This document shows positions 1-9,613 of a stretch of DNA of 64,000 bases, one piece after another. How positions within the stretch are numbered: position 1 is the stretch's first letter; every line of letters starts with the position of its first letter. Both the position numbers and the translations under genes were made by a program. The notes under the pieces are model-generated. The model was not told the origin of the DNA, ran no database searches, and was given only the letters and a program-made list of their open reading frames with translations. Origin of the DNA: a bacterium (GTDB lineage: Bacteria > Vulcanimicrobiota > JAZDOK01); the NCBI GenBank assembly GCA_043798715.1, contig JAZDOK010000004.1:114537-178536 (forward strand). The letters run 5' to 3'.

Positions 1-615
1 CCCGGTCAGTCTCCCGTTCTCAATCCCCATCTTGCCGCCCGGGGGCACAGGGGTCTTCGGCGTGACGTTGGTGAGCTTCATGGCGGCGGTATTGATGACC
101 GCATTGTGTCCGAGAGTATCGCACAGAAAGGCCGGATGATTGCCGGTCACCGCATCTATTTTAGCCAGATCCGCCAGGGACCACTTATCGTAATCCCTCA
201 GGGAGTATCCTAGTCCCAGAATAATCCCGCCGTCGGGGATGGATTTTACCTTCTCTTCCAGAACCCTGGCCATCGAATCGGCATCGGTCGTGCCGAGGAG
301 GTAGGCTCCGACATATAGGGAATACCCGGCCTCCATCAGATGGACATGGCTGTCGCAGAAGCCGGGATAGGCGGCCGCACCTTTAAGATCGATGACCGCG
401 GCCTTTCCATGTTCGGCCGGGGCGACATTATAACCAGCCACTACCCCGTCCTTCACCAGCAGATTGTCGACCTTTTTATCGGCATTTATATAGATAGAAC
501 CGTTGGTAAAAAGCTGTTCATTGACCGGCTCTTGAGAGAAACTCCGTGAAAACGAAAGAATGACCAGTGCAAGAATGAGTACCAGATTAAGACCTGATTT
601 TTTCAGATTGCTCAT
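1..615 (-). CDS. Amidohydrolase-family protein with N-terminal signal peptide; 3' end runs off the left edge of the window
   Basis: Minus-strand ORF starts at 615 with a GGAGG RBS at 620-626. The reverse-complement translation reads MSNLKKSGLNLVLILALVILSFS...GFCDSHVHLMEAGY, and the HVH motif is typical of metal-dependent amidohydrolases. This ORF is not in the supplied track because it runs off the edge. Confidence 0.5.
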   Translation of the reverse strand, partial: MSNLKKSGLNLVLILALVILSFSRSFSQEPVNEQLFTNGSIYINADKKVDNLLVKDGVVAGYNVAPAEHGKAAVIDLKGAAAYPGFCDSHVHLMEAGYSLYVGAYLLGTTDADSMARVLEEKVKSIPDGGIILGLGYSLRDYDKWSLADLAKIDAVTGNHPAFLCDTLGHNAVINTAAMKLTNVTPKTPVPPGGKMGIENGRLTG

Positions 616-680
616 TATTTTGTTCCTCCATTTAAGGTGTGTTTCGAGTTTACTATAATTGGAAAATAGTATTATGTCCC

Positions 681-718
681 TATTTACCCTCTATTTACCC
701 TATTTACCCTATTTACCC
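681..718. repeat. Tandem repeat, four copies of TATTTACCC, upstream of the amidohydrolase start
   Basis: Direct read: ccctatttaccctctatttaccctatttaccctatttacccc. The four units lie about 65-100 bp upstream of the start at 615 and could be iterons or a regulator-binding array. Confidence 0.8.
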
Positions 719-756
719 CATGCAAAAAAAAGTCTGGCGCCGACGGCTGATACCTC

Positions 757-1452
757 TTATCTGGAGCCCTGTTTCATGAGAAAATCAGCCACGTCAAAGT
801 ACCCCTCCTTACGGGCCTCTTTGGAGGGGGTGTTCCCCTGGAAGTCGGGAAGGTTGAAATCCGCGCCCCTGGAAACGAGGTTCTTCACCGTATCTAAGCG
901 GCCGTTGTCCGCGGCTCTGTAGAGGGGGGTTTCCCCTTTCTCATTGCGTGCGTTTATCTCGGCTCCCTTCGATATGAGATATTCTGCGACGTCCGTGTGT
1001 CCCTGGGAAGCGGCTTCGTGGAGAGGAGTGTTCCCATCGTCGTCCCTGGAGTTGAGATCGGCGCCCTTCGCAACAAGGATTTTCACCAACTCCAGGTAAC
1101 CCTCTGAAGCTTCGATGAGTGGGGTGTCCCCGTCGTTCTCCTTCGCATTCACGTCGGCCCCGGAGGAAATCAGGAACTCGACGATCTCCTTCCGGTTCTT
1201 GTCACAGGCCTTGTGAAGGAGGGTGCATCCCTTGTCGTCCCGGGCATCGAAGAGCGCGGGGTCTTTCTTTAGAAGGTCTTTCACGGTGGCAAGATCCCCT
1301 AGATTGATGGCGGCCCAGATCGTGACGTACTGGGAGTAAGGCACGGGCGTAGCTGAAGGTTGCGGCGATGCCTGGGCTTTGGTGAGAGCCCCCAAAAACA
1401 CCGTGATAATGACGGCGAGGAGTAAAATTACAGGGATAGATTTTTTCTTCAT
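757..1452 (-). CDS. Secreted ankyrin-repeat protein
   Basis: Signal peptide MKKKSIPVILLLAVIITVFLGA, then repeated ankyrin motifs of the form GxTPLHxAAxxGHxxVVxxLLxxGADxNA. Confidence 0.8.
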   Translation of the reverse strand: MKKKSIPVILLLAVIITVFLGALTKAQASPQPSATPVPYSQYVTIWAAINLGDLATVKDLLKKDPALFDARDDKGCTLLHKACDKNRKEIVEFLISSGADVNAKENDGDTPLIEASEGYLELVKILVAKGADLNSRDDDGNTPLHEAASQGHTDVAEYLISKGAEINARNEKGETPLYRAADNGRLDTVKNLVSRGADFNLPDFQGNTPSKEARKEGYFDVADFLMKQGSR

Positions 1453-1540
1453 TTTTTCACATCCTTACAACAATTTAGTTTTACAACCATTTCTTGTTTC
1501 CCTTTTGAAAGTATTTTGTAAATTTCCACAGAACTCCTGT

Positions 1541-2410
1541 CTATAAACCCCTTGCGTATTCCGGCCTGAGCCTGATCTCTCCGTCTATGGCAGAGTTCAG
1601 CTTTTCCAAAAGCACTCTTTTATCTTTGGGAAACGTCCCTTCCAGCGCCAGGTAATTTGAAGCGTGATTCGAGCGAAATACGGTCTGCTTGAGCTCAAGC
1701 CCCCTTACAATTTCGCAGGACTCTTTCAACAACTCTATGGGATTTAATTCCTCAAAGTCGCCCCTCCCGGCATCTTCCGCCATGGCTGTCCCGGGGATGA
1801 TCATCAGGGAAAGGAATGAAAGGTATCTTGGCTGCATCCTGTTTAAAGCTTCTATGGTGCCCTTGACATGTTCTTCGGAATATTTCCTGCCGCCCAGCCC
1901 CAGCAAAACAATCACCGATGACTTTATCCGCTCTTCAGCCGCTTTATGGACCGCCTCGATCATGTCTTCGACACCCGAAGATTTTCCACACCGGTCCAGG
2001 AGGGCCTGGCTGCCGCTTTCCAGCCCCATGTAGATAAGACTTAGCCTGTGATCGCGCAACTCTTTTAATTCAGATGCATTCCTTCGTGTGATGTTCGTTC
2101 CATTCGCGTAACTTGAGACCCGGGAAAGATGAGGGAAAGCCTGTTCCAGCCTTTCCAGTATTGGAACGAGCCTGTTGTTGCCAAGGACAAGGGCATCGCC
2201 GTCCATCAGGAAAACACGCCGTTCTTCCCGATGCCTGAGGGAGTGCCGATCTATATCAGCCAGGATCTCCTCATGATCTTTGACACGGAAGCTTTTATTC
2301 TTGTATGCGCCGCAGAAACGGCAGGTATTGGCCGAGCATCCCAGGGTTACCTGCAAAAGAAAGCTGTCGGCTTCCGCCGGAGGTCTGATTACAGGTTCAA
2401 TTATGGCCAT
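1541..2410 (-). CDS. Radical SAM protein; I trimmed the start to MAIIEPV
   Basis: CxxxCxxC motif (CSANTCRFCGAYKN) plus a downstream glycine-rich region. The track ORF extends to 2680, but the in-frame Met at 2410 gives a more plausible N-terminus. Confidence 0.7.
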   Translation of the reverse strand: MAIIEPVIRPPAEADSFLLQVTLGCSANTCRFCGAYKNKSFRVKDHEEILADIDRHSLRHREERRVFLMDGDALVLGNNRLVPILERLEQAFPHLSRVSSYANGTNITRRNASELKELRDHRLSLIYMGLESGSQALLDRCGKSSGVEDMIEAVHKAAEERIKSSVIVLLGLGGRKYSEEHVKGTIEALNRMQPRYLSFLSLMIIPGTAMAEDAGRGDFEELNPIELLKESCEIVRGLELKQTVFRSNHASNYLALEGTFPKDKRVLLEKLNSAIDGEIRLRPEYARGL

Positions 2411-2472
2411 TGAGCTTGCACCCCCTCGTGACTTGCCATAATACTTTTTAAACGCCGCTCTTAATCCGGGGA

Positions 2473-3696
2473 TCACCCGTTGCCGGCCGGAGCGGCAGTA
2501 CGCGCCGTCCGGCTGTATACCCACAGGAGAATAATGGTCAGCAAGCCTATACCCATGTAATAATACCACATGAGAGGGGCATCTCCCCTGAATCCCTCCT
2601 GGGGGCAGTAGCGCGTCAGCATGGCCCCGGCCAGCAATCCCCCGAAGAGGTTGCCGAAGAAACTGGATAGATAGTAACACCCCATGTAAACCCCGGTCTG
2701 CCCCGGAGGGGCCTGGGAGGAGACAAACTCCAGCGCCCTGGGGGCCATCGCCATTTCGCCCAGGGCAATGGTCGCGATTCCCATCAGCATAAGCGGGACG
2801 CTGGGCCGGTGCGAGAATATGAACATGGCAATGCTTATTATGAAGACGCCCAGAATGATTGATTGGAGGGGCTTCATCCGCCTGAGGAGTGCCGTAACCG
2901 GCAGCTGGAAGAGGACGATCATGAGAGGATTCACATTAACCATCCACTCGGGGGCGATCTTATCGCCCAGGGTGCGCAGGGTGTAGAGCGGGAGGGTGAA
3001 GTACATCTGGATGTAGAGCGTATGAAAACCGCTGAGGAGGATCAGAAATACCAGGAGCCGGTAGTTGGTGACCGCCCGCCACAGGTTCAGGAGAACTTCG
3101 GACGGGGTTTTAGCGGCGCTACCCTCCACTCCCGGATCCCGGTAGAAAAAAAAGACCGCGACAAAGGCCAGCACCGCGAGGCCCGCCGAGGCCAGGCAGA
3201 TATACTGGATGCCGAAATGAATGCGCATGGGATAGGCCAGGGTCTTCCCCAGGAATCCGCCGATGTTCACAATGAGGTAGAATATCGAAAAACCCTGGGC
3301 CGCCCGATCTGGGGGAGAGGTTCGCGAGACCGTCCCGGAGATGGTGGGCTTGACGAAGGCCCCGCCCAACGCGATGAATATAAGCGCTATAATCACCGTT
3401 CCCTTCGAGGGAAAGAGGCCCATCACCAGGTAGCCGAAAAAGAGGAGTGAAAAGGCGGCCAGAAGGGCGTTCCTGAATGTAATACGGTCGGCAAGAGTCC
3501 CGCAGAGAGAGGGCAGGATATAGAGGAGCGCCGAGAAAGTTCCGGCGATGGCTCCCGTCTCCATGTCAGAAAACCCCACCAGCCGGGAAAGGTAAAGGGT
3601 TAGGGCGATATACATCCCGTAGTAGGCAAAGCGCTCGAGGAGCTCGATGCCGTTGGCAATCCAGAAAAGACGAGGAAACTTCAAATGATGTTCCAC
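2473..3696 (-). CDS. POT/PTR2-family proton-dependent oligopeptide transporter (MFS)
   Basis: POT signature FWIANGIELLERFAYYGM and GGAFVKPTISGTV; 12-TM hydrophobic profile. Confidence 0.8.
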   Translation of the reverse strand: MEHHLKFPRLFWIANGIELLERFAYYGMYIALTLYLSRLVGFSDMETGAIAGTFSALLYILPSLCGTLADRITFRNALLAAFSLLFFGYLVMGLFPSKGTVIIALIFIALGGAFVKPTISGTVSRTSPPDRAAQGFSIFYLIVNIGGFLGKTLAYPMRIHFGIQYICLASAGLAVLAFVAVFFFYRDPGVEGSAAKTPSEVLLNLWRAVTNYRLLVFLILLSGFHTLYIQMYFTLPLYTLRTLGDKIAPEWMVNVNPLMIVLFQLPVTALLRRMKPLQSIILGVFIISIAMFIFSHRPSVPLMLMGIATIALGEMAMAPRALEFVSSQAPPGQTGVYMGCYYLSSFFGNLFGGLLAGAMLTRYCPQEGFRGDAPLMWYYYMGIGLLTIILLWVYSRTARTAAPAGNG

Positions 3697-3760
3697 TGGA
3701 TATGCAGTCTTGTTTTCCCTTTACCCGGCGTCTTTTTCCCTTTGATGCAAAAATTAAAAC

Positions 3761-5677
3761 TTAAATTCGGCATGAAAGACTTTCCGCCTGGCTCGTGCGG
3801 TTATTATTGGAAAATTCCAATTGAGAAAGTCTCTGTATGTTTTCGTTGCGCTTCTGGCGCTTGCGTTCAAAAGAAGAGAGAATTTTTTTTCGAATCCTCA
3901 CGGACTTGGGAGTTACTTCCACCAATTCATCCGGGCCAATATATTCCAGGGCAAAATCCAGATTGGCATCCCTGGGCGGAGTCAGGATAATCGCATCATC
4001 GGCCCCGGAGGAGCGCATGTTGGTAAGTTTTTTTGTTTTGCAGGCATTAAGCTCAAGATCTGTTGAGGTGGCGTGGATTCCCACCACCATGCCTTCGTAC
4101 ACTTCCACGGCCGGACCGATAAACAGAGTGCCTCTTTCCTGGGCGTTATTCAAGCCGTAAGAATTGGAAAACCCGGCTTCGGAAGAAACCAGACTGCCGT
4201 GTTCGTTACAGCGCAAGTCAATTTCGTGTACGGGTTGGTAGGAGTCAAACAAGTTATTGATTATTACAGTGCCGCGAGTGCGGGTCATCAGTGTATTTTT
4301 AAGGCCGATCAACCCGCGGGTGGGGATTACGTACTCGGCGTGGACGTCGCCGGCGGCATTTGAGTCCAGTTGTTGCATCTGCCCGCCGCGGCGGCCCAAT
4401 TCCTCAATCACCACTCCCTTGAAATCGCCCGGCACATCCACCGTAACAAATTCGTACGGTTCAAGTTTGATTCCATTTTCTTCGTGATAAATCACTTCGG
4501 GCTGTGAAACCTGCAATTCATAACCTTCGCGCCGCATGGTTTCCACCAGCACCGCCAGGTGCAGTTCGCCTCTTCCGGAGACCAGAAAATTGTCACGGCC
4601 TTCATCAAGCCCGTCAACTCTTAAAGACACGTTGGTTTCCAATTCCTTTATCAGACGGTCACGCAAATTACGGGAAGTGAGATATTTCCCTTCGCGTCCG
4701 GCAAAGGGGGAAGTGTTTACGCCGAAAGTCATTTTTATGGTCGGCGGCTCAATATGCACGGGAGGCAGGCTCACCGGGTTTAAAGGGTCCGTCAGCACAT
4801 CGCCGATGTGAATGTCGTCAAAACCGGCCACGGCCACGATGTCTCCGGCCACCGCTTCTACTGCATCAACCTGCTTGAGCCCGGCGTACATCTGCAGGGC
4901 GGTAACCCTGGATGTGTTTATAGTACCGTCCATTTTTACAAGGAGCAGATTCTGGGCTTTGGAAATTTTGCCGGACTTTATTTTTCCGATGCCCAGGCGA
5001 CCTTTGTAGTTGTCGTAATTGAGAGCCAGAATCTGCAGGGCCAGAGGTTCCTCCGGAAAGACTTCCGGGGCCGGGATATAATCGATAATTGCCTGGAACA
5101 GAGCGGAAACATCGGCCTCTGCGGAATTGCTTATTTTTAATTTCAAATCATCCAAATCATTATTGGCCAGGCCCATGACGCCGGATGCAAAGATTATCGG
5201 AAAATCCAACTGGTCGTCATTGGCGCCCAACCTGACGAAAAGGTCAAATGTTCTGTCCACGGTCATATTGGCTTCTTCGCCGTCTTTGTCCACTTTGTTA
5301 ATGACCACGATTGCCTTGAGCCCGAGCTCCAGGGCTTTTTTCAACACGAACTTGGTTTGGGGCATGGGACCTTCCTTGGCGTCAACCAGAAGCAGAACAC
5401 CGTCGGCCATTTTCAGGGTGCGTTCCACTTCTCCGCCAAAATCAGCATGGCCCGGCGTGTCCACGATGTTGATTTTAATGCCTTCGTAAACCACGGAAGC
5501 GTTCTTGGCCTTGATGGTAATGCCGCGTTCGCGCTCCAGGTCCATGCTGTCCATTATCAAGTCCTGCTGGTCATTTTTGACCGATTTGGTCTGTCTTAGC
5601 ATGGCGTCCACCAGCGTGGTTTTGCCGTGGTCAACGTGGGCGATAATCGCGATATTCCTGATGTTGTCTCTTTTCAT
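3761..5677 (-). CDS. typA: Translational GTPase BipA/TypA
   Basis: IAIIAHVDHGKTTLVD G1 motif, DTPGHADFGGEVER, NKVD. Start trimmed to MKRDNIRN (ATG at 5677, with an AAGGGA RBS). The track ORF begins 19 codons upstream. Confidence 0.9.
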   Translation of the reverse strand: MKRDNIRNIAIIAHVDHGKTTLVDAMLRQTKSVKNDQQDLIMDSMDLERERGITIKAKNASVVYEGIKINIVDTPGHADFGGEVERTLKMADGVLLLVDAKEGPMPQTKFVLKKALELGLKAIVVINKVDKDGEEANMTVDRTFDLFVRLGANDDQLDFPIIFASGVMGLANNDLDDLKLKISNSAEADVSALFQAIIDYIPAPEVFPEEPLALQILALNYDNYKGRLGIGKIKSGKISKAQNLLLVKMDGTINTSRVTALQMYAGLKQVDAVEAVAGDIVAVAGFDDIHIGDVLTDPLNPVSLPPVHIEPPTIKMTFGVNTSPFAGREGKYLTSRNLRDRLIKELETNVSLRVDGLDEGRDNFLVSGRGELHLAVLVETMRREGYELQVSQPEVIYHEENGIKLEPYEFVTVDVPGDFKGVVIEELGRRGGQMQQLDSNAAGDVHAEYVIPTRGLIGLKNTLMTRTRGTVIINNLFDSYQPVHEIDLRCNEHGSLVSSEAGFSNSYGLNNAQERGTLFIGPAVEVYEGMVVGIHATSTDLELNACKTKKLTNMRSSGADDAIILTPPRDANLDFALEYIGPDELVEVTPKSVRIRKKILSSFERKRQKRNENIQRLSQLEFSNNNRTSQAESLSCRI

Positions 5678-5871
5678 AGTTTTCCCTTTTAATAAAATTC
5701 CGTCAGGTTTGTTAATTCTGTCCGGTCTGATCAATACGGATTGAATCCTGATGCAGCATCGTAAGTCTACCTGAAATTACGAAAATGTCAACGAGGGATC
5801 GAGGATATTAGTAAAATCCCAAAATCGGACGTTTCCACCGACGGCAGGATTTCTTTCGCAGGAATCCCGCT

Positions 5872-7557
5872 TCAGTCCCTGGTGAGGCTCTTGTAACGGA
5901 TCCTGTTGTGCATCAAAACCTCGGCTCCGAGACGTTTGAGCCGGTGCTCTTCGTAATCGGAGTAGTTGCCGGGAAACCAGTAGACCTTCCCATCTCCCTC
6001 AAAAGCCATTATATGGGTGGCAATCCTGTCGAGGAACCAGCGGTCGTGGCTGATGACCACCGCGCAGCCGCCGAATTGCTCCAGCCCCTCTTCGAGCGCC
6101 CGCATGGTGTTCACGTCCAAATCGTTCGTGGGCTCGTCCAGGAGGAGCACGTTAGCTCCCTCTTTCAGCATCATGGCCAGATGCACCCGGTTGCGCTCTC
6201 CGCCCGATAGCATCCCCACCCTTTTTTGCTGGTCCTGGCCGGCGAAGTTGAAACGCGCCACGTAGGCCCGGGAGTTCATCTGGTACTTGCCGAGTGCCAG
6301 GGTCTCCGCCCCGCCGGTGATGACTTCCCATACTGATTTCTCCGGGTCGAGAGCCTCCCGGCTCTGATCCACGTAGGCCAGTTTCACCGTCTCGCCGATA
6401 CGGAAGGCGCCGCTGTCAGGCGTCTCCTGGCCGGTAATCATCCTGAAGAGCGTTGTTTTCCCCGCCCCGTTGGGGCCGATGATGCCCACGATACCGCCGG
6501 GCGGCAGCGAAAAATTCATATCTTCTATCAGGACCCGGTCGGCGTAGCCCTTGGAGACTTTAGAGGCATCGATAACCACATCCCCAAGGCGGGGGCCCGC
6601 GGGGATGAAAATTTCCATGTCCCGCATGCGACTCTCCGACTCCTGTTCCAGGAGCTTCTCATAGGCGCTGATGCGGCCCTTGGCCTTGGCCTGCCGCGCC
6701 TTCGGCGCCATGCGGATCCACTCAAGCTCCCGCTGGAGCGTTTTCTGGCGCTGGCTCTCGGTCTTCTCCTCCAGGCGCAGGCGGTTTTCCTTCTGCTCGA
6801 GCCATGAAGAGTAGTTTCCTTTCCAGGGGATGCCGTAACCCCGGTCGAGTTCGAGGATCCATCCCGCCACGTTGTCGAGGAAGTAGCGGTCGTGGGTCAC
6901 CGCGATGACGGTGCCCTGGTAATCCTTGAGGTGCCGCTCGAGCCAGCCCACCGATTCGGCGTCGAGGTGGTTCGTAGGCTCGTCGAGGAGGAGAATATCG
7001 GGCTTCTTGAGGAGCAACCTGCACAAAGCCACCCGGCGCCGCTCCCCCCCCGAGAGCACCTTTATCGGCGTGCCGCCGTCCGGGCATCCAAGCGCATCCA
7101 TGGCTATATCCAGGCGGTTATCGAGGCTCCAGCCGTCGAGAATTTCGATGCGCTCCATGAGTCCGGCCTGTTTATCGAGAAGTTTCGTCATCTCGTCTTC
7201 GGAGATATCGCCTGACAGGCGCTCGCTGACCTCGTTGTACTGCTTCAGGACTTCGACGGTCTCGCTGAGCCCCTGCTCCACCACCTGCCGCACCGTGAGC
7301 GAATCGTCGAGAGACGGCTCCTGCTCCAGTAATCCCACGGAGTAGCCCGGCGAAAAAACAACTTCCCCGTTATATTCTTTCTCCACGCCGGCAATAACCC
7401 TGAGAAGCGTGCTCTTGCCCGCGCCGTTCAAGCCCAGTACCCCGATCTTCGCCCCGTAAAAGAAGGACAGGGAGACGTCCTTGATAATGGGGCGCTTGTC
7501 AATGAGCTTGCTCACTTTTACCATGGAAAAAATAATCTTGTACGCCTCAGCACTCAT
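5872..7557 (-). CDS. ettA: ABC-F ATPase, energy-dependent translational throttle EttA
   Basis: Two ABC cassettes (GLNGAGKST and GPNGAGKTT, LSGGERRR / LSGGERNRV). The length, 561 aa, and the N-terminus are both like EttA. Confidence 0.85.
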   Translation of the reverse strand: MSAEAYKIIFSMVKVSKLIDKRPIIKDVSLSFFYGAKIGVLGLNGAGKSTLLRVIAGVEKEYNGEVVFSPGYSVGLLEQEPSLDDSLTVRQVVEQGLSETVEVLKQYNEVSERLSGDISEDEMTKLLDKQAGLMERIEILDGWSLDNRLDIAMDALGCPDGGTPIKVLSGGERRRVALCRLLLKKPDILLLDEPTNHLDAESVGWLERHLKDYQGTVIAVTHDRYFLDNVAGWILELDRGYGIPWKGNYSSWLEQKENRLRLEEKTESQRQKTLQRELEWIRMAPKARQAKAKGRISAYEKLLEQESESRMRDMEIFIPAGPRLGDVVIDASKVSKGYADRVLIEDMNFSLPPGGIVGIIGPNGAGKTTLFRMITGQETPDSGAFRIGETVKLAYVDQSREALDPEKSVWEVITGGAETLALGKYQMNSRAYVARFNFAGQDQQKRVGMLSGGERNRVHLAMMLKEGANVLLLDEPTNDLDVNTMRALEEGLEQFGGCAVVISHDRWFLDRIATHIMAFEGDGKVYWFPGNYSDYEEHRLKRLGAEVLMHNRIRYKSLTRD

Positions 7558-7750
7558 CGTTTCATAAACCTCGTATTCACGTAATCATGGCCCCGCCGAT
7601 GGCGGGGCGAAATACTATGGTTCCCCCTCGCCCCCTGAAACCCTGCCGACGTAACTTCGCCCGGGGTGGAAGACAGTTCCTCCACTTGAAAAAGCCGTCT
7701 TTCCCGGTTATAATGTCGCAGGAGATAGATCCTGTCCTTCAAATCGGCAA

Positions 7751-9295
7751 ATGAAAAAAACAAGCTTTAAAGAAATCGAAATATCCCTCCCTGTCGGCTA
7801 TTCCGAAGAAGAACTTAAAACGAAGATCGGCCGAAGCGTGCGCTCGGCCGAATTTGCTTTTGAAATACGGAAAAAAAGCCTGGATGCCCGGAAGAAGAGC
7901 AATATTCACTGGGTCATGAAAATTATCGTTTACGATAAAAATATCAGCCGTAATCTTATTCAGTCAACACCCGGGCTGGAAATTCCCATAGCCGGTAAAA
8001 AGAAAAAGGCGATCGTAGTCGGCAGCGGTCCGGCCGGTTTTTTTGCTGCGGACATTCTTTTGCGGTCCGGCCTGGAAGTCGTAATTTTAGAAAGAGGATA
8101 TGATGTAAGCAAGCGTACCGAAGACATTGAAAATTTTGAATCATCGGGAAAGCCGGTTGAAAATTCAAATTATGCCTATGGCGAAGGCGGAGCGGGAACA
8201 TTCTCAGACGGCAAACTGACTTCCCGAACCAAGGATATTTCCTTGGAACGCCAATATGTTTTCGATGCCTTTGTCAAAGCCGGAGGGCCTGAGGAGATAA
8301 AATTTCTCGCCATGCCGCATCTGGGGAGTGACAATTTAATAAACATCGCAGCCGCTTTGCGCCGGGACTATATCAGCCGCGGTGGCCGGATTCTTTTCAG
8401 CCACCAGGTTACCGATATTATGCTGGATGACTCCAGGGTCAAAAGCGTCGTAGTCGACGGCCGGGAATTTGAGGCTGACCACTTTGTTTTTGCCATCGGT
8501 CACAGCGCCTATGACACTTATTCGCTTCTGAACTCCAAGGGTGTTCAGATGGAAAGCAAGCCTTTTGCCATTGGTGTTCGCGTTGAGCATCCCCAGGAAA
8601 TGATCAATGTCAACCAGTGGGGCGTCAAAGATTTGCCGGGCCTTAAGGCGGCTGAATATCGCCTGACGTTTCCGGGACGTTATTGCCTGCCGGTATATTC
8701 TTTTTGCATGTGTCCCGGCGGACGGGTTATCCCGGCAACGCCAAGGGCTGGTCTGAACATCGTAAACGGCGTATCCGATTACCGGAGAAGCTCCCGATAC
8801 GCCAATTCGGCGATTGTGGCGGCGGTGGATCTGGAAAAAATATCGGGCAAGGCGATGAAGTTTGAAGATATCGCCGCCTTCATGGAAGATTTGGAAAGCC
8901 GCGCCTATAAGATCAATAACGATTATTCGGCGCCGGCCAATCGCATCCGGGATTTTATTCAGGGCAATGTGGCCGATAATTTGCCTGAAAGCAGTTATCC
9001 TTTCGGGCTTATTCCCTGTGATTTTGCCGAACTATTGCCGAAAGAGGTGGTCGAGGCCCTGAGATTCGGGTTGTCGGACTTTTCCAACAAAATCAGGGGC
9101 TTTGAAAATGGAATCATGCTCGGCATTGAGGCGACAACTTCCAGCCCGATTCGCCTGATCCGCGACGAACAGAGGAGACTTGTGGGATTTTCCAATTTAT
9201 ATGCCGCCGGCGAAGGCAGCGGGTACAGCGGAGGCATTGTTTCTTCGGCCGCCGACGGTATTCTGACCGCTTTAGCCATTATCAACAGCCTGTGA
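7751..9295 (+). CDS. FAD-dependent protein (COG2509-like uncharacterised dehydrogenase)
   Basis: Rossmann dinucleotide-binding motif IVVGSGPAGFFAAD..LEVVILERG and a C-terminal GEGSGYSGGIVSSAADG motif. Confidence 0.6.
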   Translation: MKKTSFKEIEISLPVGYSEEELKTKIGRSVRSAEFAFEIRKKSLDARKKSNIHWVMKIIVYDKNISRNLIQSTPGLEIPIAGKKKKAIVVGSGPAGFFAADILLRSGLEVVILERGYDVSKRTEDIENFESSGKPVENSNYAYGEGGAGTFSDGKLTSRTKDISLERQYVFDAFVKAGGPEEIKFLAMPHLGSDNLINIAAALRRDYISRGGRILFSHQVTDIMLDDSRVKSVVVDGREFEADHFVFAIGHSAYDTYSLLNSKGVQMESKPFAIGVRVEHPQEMINVNQWGVKDLPGLKAAEYRLTFPGRYCLPVYSFCMCPGGRVIPATPRAGLNIVNGVSDYRRSSRYANSAIVAAVDLEKISGKAMKFEDIAAFMEDLESRAYKINNDYSAPANRIRDFIQGNVADNLPESSYPFGLIPCDFAELLPKEVVEALRFGLSDFSNKIRGFENGIMLGIEATTSSPIRLIRDEQRRLVGFSNLYAAGEGSGYSGGIVSSAADGILTALAIINSL

Positions 9296-9368
9296 CGGTC
9301 AGGGTCATTTAAGGGTCAAAAGCGGGTTCTTTGTGAGCGGCGGTTTGGTGGAGAACGGCCCCTGAAGC

Positions 9369-9446
9369 TGGTCGGAGTGGGCGGACTTGAACCGCCGACC
9401 CCTAGCCCCCCATGCTAGTGCTCTAGCCAACCTGAGCTACACCCCG
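9369..9446 (-). tRNA. tRNA-Pro, anticodon GGG
   Basis: I folded the reverse complement by hand: acceptor CGGGGUG/CACUCCG, D-stem GCUC/GAGC, anticodon stem CUAGC/GCUAG with loop AUGGGGG, T-arm GGCGG-UUCAAGU-CCGCC, discriminator A, then CCA. Confidence 0.8.
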
Positions 9447-9613
9447 ACGCGCCCTATTATAACAAAACATTTGCTCATATGCAAGCGCCTTCATGAAAGG
9501 CGTTCATTCAAAGATGTGAGCCCTTCCGGGATGCGGGAGTACCGTCGCAAGGAGATGAAGAAGAGGAATCGAATATCTTTAAATAACGGGATGAAAGAAA
9601 GAGGAATGATGTA

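Noticed and set aside
2863-3450. 195-aa plus-strand ORF inside the POT transporter gene
   Set aside because: Antisense to a well-supported transporter; low-complexity charged sequence.
6722-7345. GC-rich antisense ORFs (121 aa and 139 aa) within ettA
   Set aside because: They have the Arg/Pro/Gly-rich composition typical of out-of-frame high-GC sequence, and they are fully embedded in a confidently identified gene.
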